Shown here: positions 39,616 through 51,925 of the stretch, piece by piece
Position numbering within the stretch: position 1 is the stretch's first letter
How the letters are laid out: every line of letters begins with the position of its first letter
Source: Hydrolagus colliei
Lineage: Eukaryota
Direction: 5' to 3'
NCBI GenBank assembly: GCA_035084275.1
Contig: CM068772.1
Coordinates: 2,294,001-2,358,000 of the forward strand
Length of the DNA stretch: 64,000 bases
Made by a program: the position numbers and the translations under genes
Notes under the pieces: generated by a model
The model's database searches: none
What the model saw: only the letters and a program-made list of their open reading frames with translations
What the model was told of the DNA's origin: nothing

Positions 39616-42079
39616 AAGCGGTTGGTTTCCCAAATTGAATGTCTGATAGGATCTATCGTTGTCCCTCAGATATCTCACTCCTGTCTACAAAGGAAAAGCT
39701 CTTCAAGCCAGCCTCAATCTAATTCTCACGATTACCTATATCTTTGTTTATATCTTTGCCTCAATTGAGATTCAAAGCTGTTTCCTTATATATATACCTT
39801 ATATATACACCTTATATATATTTCCTTTTATATATATATAGTACATATAAGGAAAACTTGTTAATAAGAATGGTGAAATGCATTTGATATATTCTCTAAC
39901 TTTACTTTGGGAAGTTAAGTCTGGTATTTAAACGTTTACTGTACTCCAAACTGTCTTACAGATGATCTAACCTAGCTTTGAAGTTGTCTGCCGTGTTTTG
40001 CATCAATTGGTAGCTCAACCCGTTTCTGTTAAACAATATAGATAGAAACTAGCTTGGGTTCAACACCACCCCCCCACCCTCACACTAAACCGTCACGTGA
40101 TTTCTCCTCGGGTGATTTGAATTCCATCAGATTGCGAAATCAACTTGACAACAAACTTTTAAAACATCCTGTGTAATCTGGAATCTTTTCTCTGTGCGTT
40201 ATATACATATAATATATATATTATATATATACATACTTGTTTGTGTGTGTGTATATATGCGCAAGTGTGCCCCATCCGCTTGCCCAATCGCCTTTGTGTG
40301 TTCCTTTGAAGTGGCAGAGAATAGTTAACGGGAAACTTTGTAGTCAAATTGCTCAATAAAACAATCCACCGGCAATTTATAGCGTCCTTCTGAAGCACTA
40401 ACACAATAGGACTATTTCCTGTTCTAGAGGCTGTTGTGTAATTGAGGAAGCCAGACCCCCCCCCACCTTCCCCCTTTTTTAAAAAAAGCGTAATAAAGAA
40501 TTTCAGGTTAAGGTAAATCTTCCGGACCCACCACCCCCCACTCCCAATCCCTCCACCTCCCTCCCAAAACATCTGTTGCAAATCAATTTCCAGATATACA
40601 GTCTACTGTAAGTCTATAAAGGCTGAACAAGCAGGTGGGAATGAATGAGAAGTCAAATTGGCATCTCAGCCGGGGCCATATATGACCCATCCAAAACAAT
40701 AATCATTTCAGAAAATAAACCAACGGAAAATAACAGGGGCCTGTCTCTGGCTAAATCCCAGCTCGCACAGTGAAGTAAACTGGGCCTAAACGATGTATGT
40801 ATGTATTACAGTATAGAGAAAGACACTGCATACTAATAAGTCACAGGTTAGTTTTTTTCTGTTAAAGGGTGCTCTATAATTTAAAGCCAAGTTTTTTTTT
40901 GGGGGGGAACCAAAAAGTCATTCATTCTAAGCTTTGTTTCCAAAGCCACATATTTTTTCCCCCCACACAGCCACATCTCCACCCAGTCCAAAAAAACTTT
41001 TTTGGGGGACCCCAAACTTTTTTGTAGTTGTTGGTTTTACACCCCAATTGTACGCAAGTCAAATGTCCCCGCCCCCCCCCCCCCCCCAAAAAAAAAGAAA
41101 CGTTCACCGAATGTTTGTCATTTCAGTTGGAATCTCTTGCCAGAAAGTATTCTTAAGGTTGTTAAAGTTATGGCTGTAGCGCTTAGGCATCTCAATAGCC
41201 ATAGGGGTTGATTCCCACTTCCCCCCTGTTTTTCTTCTTTCTTCTTAAAACCAGATCTGAAGATACAAATGATATGAAAACAGTAGGAATTTCTGCTACA
41301 TTCCGGGTCGGTACCGGAAGTAGGTGCGTTCACACAGTGAAAGGCACTTACAGGGAGACCAACCCGGCAAATGTACGCCTGAAAGTTTTTCATTTTTATT
41401 CAACCACCCCACTCCAAACTAGTTAAGCTAGTTGGGAAAAATTGCAGATTGATGGTTCCTGTTTTTTGTCCCCTCCGCCACCCCCTTCCCCACCTCCCCA
41501 TCCTCTGTCTCTCTCTCTCTTTCTCCAAATTAATTCTGTTGCTGCCGGGTTCCCTCTCTCTCTCTCTCTCTCGCTCTCTCTTCTGTCACCCAAGAAGTTG
41601 GGTTTTGAGTTTGTGGCTGAGCAGGTTCAACAAGGCGCTCCTTTCGGCTCCTGTACGCTCCCCAACCTTATGCTCTCAAACTTCTCGCCTTCCCCCCCAA
41701 AAAAGTTGTCCCAACAAGTCGAGTTTTAACATATTACTTACCACGTTCACACTTTCACTGGAACAAGTAGACACTCGTTTGTCGAGCCCCCTTTTTGTGT
41801 ATGTGTGTGTGTGAGAGAGAGAGAGTGTGTGTTCCAAAGAAGAGGCTCCTGGCATTTGACGGGGCCAAAATCCAAGGCAAGACCCTCTTGTGAAAGAGTT
41901 TTTTTTCTCTCTCTTGGAGTTGGGAGGGGGGTTAGCGGGGGTGGGGGTGTGGGGGGGTGTGGAAGGGGGGCGAAAAAAAAACCGTGCACTAACTTTAAGG
42001 CACCAACATCGGCTCTAAATGGATTTAGTAGTTTTAAAGTTAGAAAAGGTTATTTGTGTCAATGCCCCCAAAGCAAATG

Positions 42080-42210
42080 TCCTGACTGGCTCAGGGAGAG
42101 CACGTGATGCAATTAAAGTAAGTTTTATGGGTTGACGAGCTGACAAACCACAATGTATTTACATCGTATATAATCTTAACTGCCTACCATTACAGCTGCT
42201 TCGCCTTTTT
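42080..42210 (+). promoter_or_regulatory. Conserved Hox5-Hox4 intergenic element / probable distal promoter
   Basis: GAGCACGTGATGCAATTAAAGTAAGTTTTATGG...GCTGACAA...TATTTACATCGTATATAATCTTAACTG, containing an E-box, a Cdx site, TGACA and a TATA-like TATATAA. Resembles the paralogous element 3' of Hox5 genes in other clusters (from recall). Confidence 0.65.
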
Positions 42211-44290
42211 ATGCTGGGGACAGACAGACAAAGCTTTTAGTGCGGATTATGCCGTTTATGTCCGCGTCTGTTGTAGTTATATCCACGCCACCGGTTCACC
42301 TACTTGCAGCAAGTAAGTTTCTTTTTTCTTGCACTAAAAAGTCAGTTTCGGCACAAATATATATTTTATTTAACACACACACACATATACAGGCGTTTGA
42401 TTTGTGTTGATGTGGATGGATAGCGTGTATCCAGACCTCATTTGCTAACACAATTAACTGGGGGTGAGAACTCAGACTTATTGTAATTAGACTGTACATT
42501 AGATATATATATATTTAACGTGGTCTAAAATGAGTGTTTTTTTTACAATACATAAAAAATATGTTGCCCACGTTAACGACGTTGTTTAAATCGTTGTCCT
42601 GTCTGTGTTGTGTATGTTCATCTGGCGTGTCATTTCGTGTACATGCGCATTGCTGACTTAAAGGGTCTACTAGACTCTTTCAAGATGAGATGTGGGTTGG
42701 GATGGGGGGGAGGGAGGAGGATAATTATTACAAGCTGTTAACAGCCAGACATGGTAACAAAGTTTTAATCCAATTTCTACTTTCATCGACTTTTTAATCA
42801 AATTATTTTTTTGAAAGAAAAAGAAAATCGATGTCGGCTGGAAGCTAGGATATTTGATTGCTATCTGTGTCTGGTTCTTTTGAGTTTGGAACCCCCCTCC
42901 TCCCCTCCCCCCAACGTCACCCAAAAAAAGAAGAATTAATCGACAATAATTCTCGGTTGTAACTTTATACGTACAATATATACAATACCAATATATAGTT
43001 TGTGGAAGGGAGTCTAGCTACCTATGGAAATTGAACTTAGAATAATTACAGATTTGGAATCTGTATCGAATGAGAAGGGTGGTTTTTTTTACATGTTTCA
43101 TAGCGGTTTCCATTGAATAGGGGGTGTGGGGAGTGGGGGGTGGGGGGGCGATAAACAAAACAGGACAAGTTGACGTGAAATGTTTTATTTGAGCTGTGAG
43201 CGAAGAAGCCTGAGAATGCACCCATCCACTCGACAGTGAGAGAGACATGCAAACTAGGTCCTACGATACAACCCAGATAGGTTAGAACTGTGGTGAGGCA
43301 GTTGAACGTTTACAATACAGATTCCCCCCAGGCACAATGCAAACCATGTAATCAGGTGAAGTAGCCTCACGGATTAACAGACAGAACTCGCCCCCAGAAT
43401 GAAACGGCAGTTAAGGTAAAATAGAATCGCAATACAACCTGAATTTCTGCCCCCACAAATGTCAAGGAATTAAGTCCAGACGAGAGTAATGTGACTTAAG
43501 TCAACACCCCCAAACCTTCGGTATTAATACTTTCAGTGAACAAAAAATTTACTGAATGTGGTACATTCTTACGTGACCGTGTTATGTCTGTGGACACGCT
43601 TATTTGCTGAGGATGAAACATATAATCACTTGATCATCGCCGTAGTGTTATCGCTGTACATTCTAACCAGTGTTACAGTGTGTTGTATGTGTGTATAATT
43701 AGAGTGCGAAATGATGTGATATGTTATAATCGAAGTATAAAAACATAGCACAGTGCTACAACGTGTTATATCTGTATATAATTACATAGTTATTGTTGTG
43801 TACACTAATAGGGAGCATGCCACATTCATATAATTATGTATAAAAATTACTAAACATGCTGTTTGATGTTATGCCTGTATATAATCACCGGGTATAGTTC
43901 TGTCGTTTGTCATATCAGTAACAATAATAATAATAATCCTAACGTTTACCACAGTGTCTATTTATAATTCCAGGAAAATGTCACTGAAAAAAGGAAGCCT
44001 TACTGTATGAAAACTGGCTCAAAAATGGTTTAATTGATTGGCCATGGAGTGTAGTGAATATTGTTTCTGAAAAGCAAACGTGGGGAGTTTTTTTTCAATG
44101 CATAGCAAAGAGTCACAAGGTGAATGATTATTTTATCTGGACGTTTTGTTGGCAAGGACACTGGAAGAAATTGCTTTCTTTATTTGCAATATGTCAAAGG
44201 GATTTTTAACACCCACGTGAACACCTAGCATGTGAGGCAATAATAACAACAAAACACATCCATTTATATAGTGCCCTTCGATTGGAATAA

Positions 44291-44400
44291 TTTGCCCACA
44301 AAATAGAGTCAATTCATATTACAGTATATTCTGTGCAGTGCTATGTGATTTCTCAACAACATGAGAGATTCTTTATCAAGTGCCATCATGATGATTATTA
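44291..44400 (+). mobile_element. Degenerate SINE 3' fragment
   Basis: GCCCACAAAATAGAGTCAATTCA...GTATATTCTGTG...GATTATTA. Confidence 0.65.
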
Positions 44401-45141
44401 TAATGTCTTTGCAGTGGCAGAAGATGGACACAGAAGAGGGAGGTGGGGGGGCGGGTGGGGGGGTGTGGGGGGGGTTGACACAGGACAGTGTAGAGGGTAA
44501 CTCAGTTTAATGAATGATGGCACCTCCAACAAGATGTATTTCCCCACTGATGCAAAGGAGTGTCAGTCTAGACTCCCAAGTTCAAGTGCTCTTCAGTGTT
44601 TGACCATTATCCTCATAGCAACTATCTTCAATTCCAATTCACTCCCCTTTTCATATGCGTCACTTGCCAAATATCTACCAGTCTGTCATCACAGGATGTA
44701 TGGCCCCTTGCGGTAATCTGTGCCATGGACTACCCATTCTTTATCCAGGGATATTTTTCTACTTAGAAAAATCATGCTAACTATTCTTAGGTTATACTTG
44801 GCCTATTGGTCTTCATCTCCTTGTCACTCTTTATCCATATTGGTGAATTCTGATAATGTTTGTAGCACTGTCACTAAACTCTTGCCTCTCCCTCTTATTG
44901 ACTTTTCCTATCTTCCAATTCTGTTGCCCATTGAATCCAGGGATCATTGAAAGATATTGCATACAAGAACATTGAATCTAGAACAACAAACAGACCACTC
45001 AGTCTAATTAGTCTATCCCAGTCATTATCCTGTACTCCACAAGAGCCTCCATCCATTCGAATTCCTTCCACCCAAGCCTCCTAACCATATCCCTTTATTC
45101 CCTTTTTTCTCATGCAATTATAACTCATAGAATTCCCAGTT

Positions 45142-45328
45142 GAGGTGGATAGATATTTATTAGAACAGGGGATAGTGATAATCATTGTATTTGAGGCATC
45201 AGGGTATCAAGGGATATGGAGCAAAGGTGGGTAATTTGACTTGAGGTACAGACCAACTGTGATCTAACCACATCACAGAACTGGTTCATTGGGCTGTATG
45301 GCCTATTCCTATGGTACCATGTTCCTAA
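45142..45328 (+). mobile_element. CR1-type LINE 3' end (chondrichthyan type), degenerate
   Basis: GGGTATCAAGGGATATGGAGCAAAGGTGGG...TTGAGGTACAGACCAACTGTGATCT...GGGCTGTATGGCCTATTCCT...ATGTTCCT resembles shark CR1 3' UTRs as recalled. Weaker antisense tail remnants at about 44960-45030 and 45815-45915. Confidence 0.65.
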
Positions 45329-46386
45329 TTTTTTCTCATACACCCTTGGATCAATATTCCCCATCAGCTGTTTGAATCTACCACACATCAGCTTGTCTCA
45401 GTCAATAACACTTTCAACCTTCCAAACCTTCCGGGTTCAGACTCTTATGTTGGGACTTTTAACTTGCAGTCTGCATTGGCACCTGAGTTCCGATGAGTTA
45501 AATCAAGGCCAGAAAGACTCTATACGAGTGTAATTTTGTGGTTCTTGTTGTGCAGGTGGATGTTCAAGATCCAATTACGTTATTGGATAAAAGAAGAGAG
45601 AGATTCTCCCCAAATCTTGACAAACAAAAAGTCAAGTCATTCAATTCATGACTTGTTGTGGTCCTTGCTAGATAGAAAATACCTGCATGGTTTGACTACA
45701 AAAATACAAACACTACATTTGATAATAATTACCTGTAAAACAGTTTGAGACATTTTGACGTTGTTGCTTTACTTTTAACCTCTTATCTCGATATTGTGTT
45801 TCCATTCTGCTGTACTGAAGAATAGGAGCTGGAGGCTAGGTGATGGGGCCTAAATTAGTTTAAGTATTTAACCCTCTCTATCAGCACATATTAAGCTGTT
45901 GCTCCCGCCATGAACTCCCTAACCTCTTTGTCTTCTATTTCACCCAACATCTTTCCTTCATTTTCCCTTCATCTTCGTAATTTTTCCACTTATGTTTTGA
46001 ACATCTCAATTCACCTCACTGAAAATTTCAATATAAGAAGTTATATTCTGGCCAATATTCTTCTGTATTAAATCTGTATGATCCTTATACAGTAAAACAT
46101 AACAACAACAACTTTCATTTATATACCGCCCTTCACACCAGACTACCTCTTGGATTGCTTGATACAAATATAGATATAATAACTTAATTTTTATAAGTAT
46201 TTTAAATGCTTATTTTACATGAAAAGTTACGAATTAATGTAAAATGTCTGAAATTCTGAATTGGAGTTATGCATTTCACCTTTGCTATTGCGTGATTATA
46301 ATGGGAGTAAATCCCATCATCAAGTGACATCACTAAGGTGCTATAATGTTGACTGGATTTTCATTATCACCATATATATCTTGATG

Positions 46387-46593
46387 AAACGTGGCAGCCA
46401 ATCGCTCACAGTGGTGTCCCACAAACAGTCGTCAACTGAAATGACCTATTTATCATTGGGTTCTTTTTTTAGAGGGATTTTTTATGAGGCATGCGGAGTA
46501 AGGAAACTTGTCCAAGGTTTCGCCCTGCTTGGAATTGAACGCAGGTCTCATGCTTGTAAGGCCAGTGCTCTAACCACTGAGCTACATGATTCC
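46387..46593 (-). mobile_element. tRNA-derived SINE, 5' head and body
   Basis: Minus strand reads GGAATCATGTAGCTCAGTGGTTAGAGC (A box)...GCGTTCAATTCC (B box) AAGCAGGGCGAAACCTTGGACAAGTTTCCTTACTCC..., shared with the copies at 47.1 and 48.5 kb. Confidence 0.85.
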
Positions 46594-46811
46594 ACAATTA
46601 GGACTTTTTTAAAAATCTTCATAATTTTAGATTAAAAAATGCCTTTACTGGCTAAGACCAGGTGAACATGTTGACCTTTAGCATCATCATTTACTTACAA
46701 CCACTTATGAAAGGTTACATTCTGGAGGCAATGACAGACACTGTGTTTGTTTGTATATGTATGTGTGAGTGTGTGTGTTGGAGTGTGATATAATAATAAT
46801 AATCCTAATAA

Positions 46812-47188
46812 GAATGATAATCCTTGCATTTGATATTGACCTCATCACATCTTCTCATCTTCTCAAAGCACTTTACAGAATGTAATATAAAATAATAATC
46901 CTTCTGTTTGGTATCGTACTTTTGGTATCTTCTAGACATCTCAAAGCATTTCATATAATATACAGTAAAGTGAATTGACTGTATATTTGTGGGCGAAATG
47001 CAGCAGACAATTGCGCGCAGCGGTATCCCAGAAACCATCCTGGATTGAAATGACCACAGGTTTTTTTGAGGAATTATTATCAGGCATTTGGAGTAATGAA
47101 ACTTGCCGAAGGTTTCGCCCTGCCAGGAATCAAATGCAGGTCTCTCGCTTGTGAAGCCCGTGTTTTAACCACAGCACCAGAGGACTCC
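46812..47188 (-). mobile_element. Near full-length tRNA-derived SINE plus an extra 3' tail
   Basis: Head at about 47100-47188, body AAAGTGAATTGACTGTATATTTGTGGGCGAAA, and a TCCTTGCATTTGATA tail on the minus strand. Confidence 0.85.
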
Positions 47189-47679
47189 TGAAATATAATC
47201 TGAAGTGAATGGACTGTATATGTGTGGACAATATGTGCCAGCAAATTGCACACAAAGTGACAGTACCATAAAGTACATTTACAGGGCAGTTTTCTTGTGT
47301 ATTAAATGGGTTTGATAGTTTGATAGTGTTTTTTTTAAGCAAGCCTTGCATTTGATGCTTCACATGGAATTGTTAGAAAATAAAAGCCCTGTATATTTTG
47401 CAGCAAATGTGGCAGCCAATTTGCACACAGCGAGGTGCCACAAACAAACAGCCATTATAGTGAATGGCGAATTTATCTGAAGAGTTACTGCAGATGTTTG
47501 GCCAGTAGTCTAGGAAAAGTTTCATGGAATATTTAGGAGTTCGCAAAACATAATTGAATTGAAATGAAAGCAAGTGTTGACATGTAGGCAAGAGTGGCAG
47601 CTAATTAGCTTCCTTGACACCTCATAAACAACTGCGAGATGAGCAGGAATTAATTTAAATTTTGGAGGTAAACTTAATA

Positions 47680-47875
47680 ATAATGATGATAATAATCCTT
47701 GCATTTGATATAATGCCTTATCGCGTCATTGAGACATCTCAAAGCGCTTCACTGTAAAAGTGGTAAAAATGAAAATACTGTACTGCAAAGTGAATTGACT
47801 GTATATATGTGAGCGAAATTTAGCAGCCAATTGCATACAGCAGTGTCTCACAAAAAGTCGTGGATGGAGGGACCA
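47680..47875 (-). mobile_element. SINE 3' half
   Basis: (AAT)n CCTTGCATTTGATATAATGCCTTATCGCGTCATTGAGACATCTCAAAGCGCTTCAC...AAAGTGAATTGACTGTATA...GCAGCCAATTGC. Confidence 0.85.
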
Positions 47876-48361
47876 AATTAGTAAAATTATTTTTTAATTT
47901 GGATAAGGAGGGAATATAAAACTAGGTAACTGAAAGAAACACTCCAGGTTTTGAGGGTGTAAGAGCCATAACAGGAGCTTTTGAATTACAAAGCATAAGG
48001 AACCTGAAATCAATACCAGAATCAAAGAATATGATTTACAATTTGCATCTCCAACCAACCAGAGAGTGTTGGGTTATTTATGGTGTACTTGGTTCTTAAT
48101 TCTCCTTTGCATTATATTAATTATTGAATTGTTCATGTTGTTATTCGCTTGGATGTACTGGATTCCAGAGTTCAGACATTTTAAATTGGTTATATTATTG
48201 ATGTCTGCTAGAACAAAAATCCTAGCTTCCCTCAGTAAACAGGTCATCAGTTTGCTGATGTATTCTATGCTTTAAAACCCTGCTATTAATTTCCTTTTAT
48301 AACACTGAATTCTGTTTCCATGCTTGCACCACCTTTGCAATGCTAGAGTTGAGTTGTACTG

Positions 48362-48490
48362 TTGGAGTTGAGGTCCTTCAGATGAGGTGTTAAATTGAGA
48401 TCCTATCTGCCTGTTTAGTTGGACATTGTAGATCCAATGGCACTATTCAAAACCAGAAGAGAGTTTCCCCCATTTTGTTGACCAGATTCA
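48362..48490 (+). mobile_element. DeuSINE (AmnSINE1/SacSINE1-type) Deu-domain fragment
   Basis: GTCCTTCAGATGAGGTGTTAAATTGAGATCCTATCTGCCTGTTTAGTTGGACATTGTAGATCCAATGGCACTATTC resembles the Deu-domain consensus as recalled. Confidence 0.7.
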
Positions 48491-48530
48491 ACATAAAATA
48501 CACAGTCAATCCACTTTATGGTATATTCAC

Positions 48531-48807
48531 CCAAGTGAGAGACCTGGGCTCAGTTCCAGGCAGGGTGAAACCTTGGGCAAGTTTCCTTACTCCACATACC
48601 CAATAATAATCCCTTTTTAAATAAAGCAATAATGAATTTGTTATTCCAATCCATGACTGTTTGTGGGACACTGCTTGCACAATTGGCTGCTGTGTTTCAC
48701 CCACAAAATATACAGTCAATTCACTTTACGGTATATTCTGTGAAGCACTTTTATGTCTAGAAGACATAAAATGTGTTATATCAAATGCAAGGATTATTAT
48801 TATTATT
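48531..48807 (+). mobile_element. tRNA-derived SINE, slightly 5'-truncated
   Basis: CAAGTGAGAGACCTGGGCTCAGTTCCAGGCAGGGTGAAACCTTGGGCAAGTTTCCTTACTCC...AATTGGCTGC...TTCTGTGAAGCAC...TCAAATGCAAGG(ATT)n. Confidence 0.85.
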
Positions 48808-49747
48808 CCGTGAAAAGCTTTGTGATATCTCCATGGCATGTGAAGGTGCTGAATTTAATTCTGGCAGTATTATTATTATTATTATGAAAATTGGTCAAGC
48901 ACTGTCCCTGAACTTTACAGTAAATTCCCCTAAAAAGATAATAGATGTTTTGGTAATGTGATATATCAAACCCAAGGATTTATTTTTAGTCAATTTTTAA
49001 ACTGGGTAAATTTTCACCAAAAAAGTCACAAATCAGAAAGCCTGTTTTATTTCATATAATAAAAATAATGTTTGCAAGAATAGTAATAAACCTTGTGCTT
49101 GAAACAGCTCCTGGCCACATCATTGAGACATTTCAAAGCTCTTCACAGAATATACTGTAAAATGTATTTTGGGGGCGATAAAAAATATAAATAAAGACGC
49201 AAATAATATTGAACGACGAGGAGAGAGAAAGGATAGCTGTTTTATATATGTTTAAAATAAAGAGAGGTGATTTGAAATGAATAAATCAATAAATACAGCA
49301 TTTTACATTTTATAGGTCTAGACTATGCAAAACGTGGATGAGTGGATGAAATGCGGGGGAGGGGGGGGGGATGTGGGGGGGAGTGGGGGGAAGTGCCTCA
49401 CCTCATACAAGCAGGTTTTGATTAAGTAAAAACATAAAATTGGTTTGGGTATTAAACCATTTTTTAAATTAAATATTCCTTCAATATAGAATGAAATGGT
49501 GTTTTCACCATCAGGCTATAAATAGCCTTTCAGGTGCAGATAATAACTTCCTAAAAAACAAAGGCACGCATGAATAGCGAGGCAACACAAACACTGGGGT
49601 TTGAAATGAACAGTGGTTTTATTAATGGATGTGCAAGCCAACTGGACACACAGCTGACACTCTTGTAATCAAAAACAAGGCCCGAGATAGATGCTTTGGT
49701 TCGAGAATTGCATCTGAATCGGGAACACAAATGTAGAAATGAACAGA

Positions 49748-49788
<41 letters not shown>

Positions 49789-51894
49789 GTGGGTGGAGGC
49801 GGTGGGGGGGGGGGGGGGGGGGGGGCATTCATTTCTTGGAAATTTATTACTGGGAAAATATGTGAGTTTTGGAAATCAAATGAAAACGCGTGTTTGGGGA
49901 AACAAAACACACCTTTAATGTCGCCCAATGTAAAGACAGGTTCCTCCGAATTATTTTACGAGAGTGAAGCCGTTTATTGAATTCCTCACCTTTCATCTCT
50001 TATTGAACAAAACTGGAATAATATCAAATCATCTTGACACACTGTTTGTTGTTCTAAGCAATATAGATCCACTTATCCCCCCCCTCCGCCCACGTGTTTT
50101 TTTTACTGTTTGTAAATGAATCAAAGCTAGTCACACCTAATACCTTAAATAGAATTTCGAAATAACCCTTTGTACGCGAAAACGAGCTTAAAGGTTCTCT
50201 CCGTTCTTTTATCAATATATACTGTACATAGATTATTCGTCCTGTGTCAAAAATAGCAACTTCCATGAAATAAAAGTGTCAAAATTAGTTTTAAATATTT
50301 TGTCCCCCGCAAAAAAATACTTTCACATTGCGAAAGCTGCATATATTTTCCGGTGAATACATGTGTATAATCTGGATGATATCACAAAATTTGTAATGTA
50401 TACACGGAAATAAATGAATATGGGTTAGAAGGGATAATCAGATGTTTATTGTAGAAAACTGTTCATTTTTTCCTCGTCGAGAGAAGGTCTGCAAAGGTTT
50501 TAACTCATCCTGGCTATTTGCTTTAACTCTGACAGACGCGAGATATACACAATACGACACATATAAAGTATTAATTGGAACAAAACTAGTAGGAGATATA
50601 GGAGACGTGTGCAGATCGGTTTTTATTGGGTTTTCAAACAGAATACACACGGGCGAGTTGAAAACAAAAGGTCGATTTTCTTCCAAAAAAATAATTCTTA
50701 ACTGTGAGGAGAAAGAAACGATTAGAATCGCGGTCTCTATTTTATGTGTCTCGTTGAGTGCTTCGAGGAGAGAGAGAGAGACTGTGTAGGCTTGATTTTT
50801 TTTGTGTGTGTGCATATGGAATAAAATGATTGACAGCTGATGAGATTATTCTTATACACACGCGTGTGTAACTCTATGATAGTTCAGACATGACTCCCCC
50901 GATCGCTCGCATGGTTTGAAGTGGGTTTGCAGAGCGAGTGTCTAAACTCACAATACAAATGCCACCGAACAGAGCCAGCTTCGAATAAAATCAGAATATT
51001 CCTCGGCAGGCAGGCAGGCAGAATAGAACAGTTTCCTTCCTCCTCTCAGAAAACGAGACTTGGTCCCTAGTCCCTGCCAGAACAAAGCAATTGTTAAATC
51101 CCCCCCCCCCCCCCCCCCCCCCCCCTATTCTATCAGGGAGTTTTATTTATTATTATTTTTGCACCCAAACCTATTCAAACACTCACTTCATTCGACTTGC
51201 AATAAGATTTACAGTGAGTGAGTGAATGAGTGAGTGAGTGGGTGAATTGGAGCAACTGAATTACCAGTCTTTCGATTACATTTGGAATGTGTCAGAAAAG
51301 GGCAGTCTTTTGGGCTAAAACGTGAAAGTAATCTCAGCTACAGTATACTTCTCACTCAATCTCTCTCCCTACCCCCACCCCCACCACACACACACAAAAA
51401 AATTAGCCCCTGCTTTCTGGGTACATTGTAGCTGCAAATGAATAACACTTATTACATTACGTTTCACTAATAATCCTTATTTTCTCAGTTTTTTTGTATA
51501 CTGTACTGTATTGGTCAGTCTGTGTTTGGTGTGCACGGTTGTGTGTGTGTGTGTGGGCGGGGGTTGTGGGGGTGTTGGGGTGGGGGCTGTGGGTATCAAG
51601 ACTGAACGAAACATGTTACAATTAAGTATTGCAAAAAAAACAAGGAATATATTTCCACTCAAGTCTATTTTCTTCCTGTCTTTGTCACTACGCGGTGCAA
51701 ACGTGAAGGCTACAATGCTCCTTGTTCATCTGTCTCTCACACATTCGCACTCCCTTCTTCGAAACCTCTGATGTTAGCGTTATTCCAGGTTCCATTCGCT
51801 TATTTATACAATTGTGCGAGCTTCCAAAGTAAAAAAAATAGATATTTTAACTTCAAACTAACTTAACCCTCCTTGTGTTATGTTTCTCTTGCAG

Positions 51895-51925
51895 GCCCCA
51901 GAAGCGGAAATGGCGACGTTTAGAT
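51895..51925 (+). other. Candidate 31-nt non-coding micro-exon
   Basis: Branch-like CTAAC, pyrimidine tract and TTGCAG| acceptor; exon GCCCCAGAAGCGGAAATGGCGACGTTTAGAT; donor |GTAAGT. Confidence 0.4.

Noticed and set aside
46530-46593. tRNA-like sequence on the minus strand with A and B boxes
   Set aside because: It runs straight into the SINE body shared by several copies and has no complete acceptor stem. It is a SINE head, not a tRNA gene.
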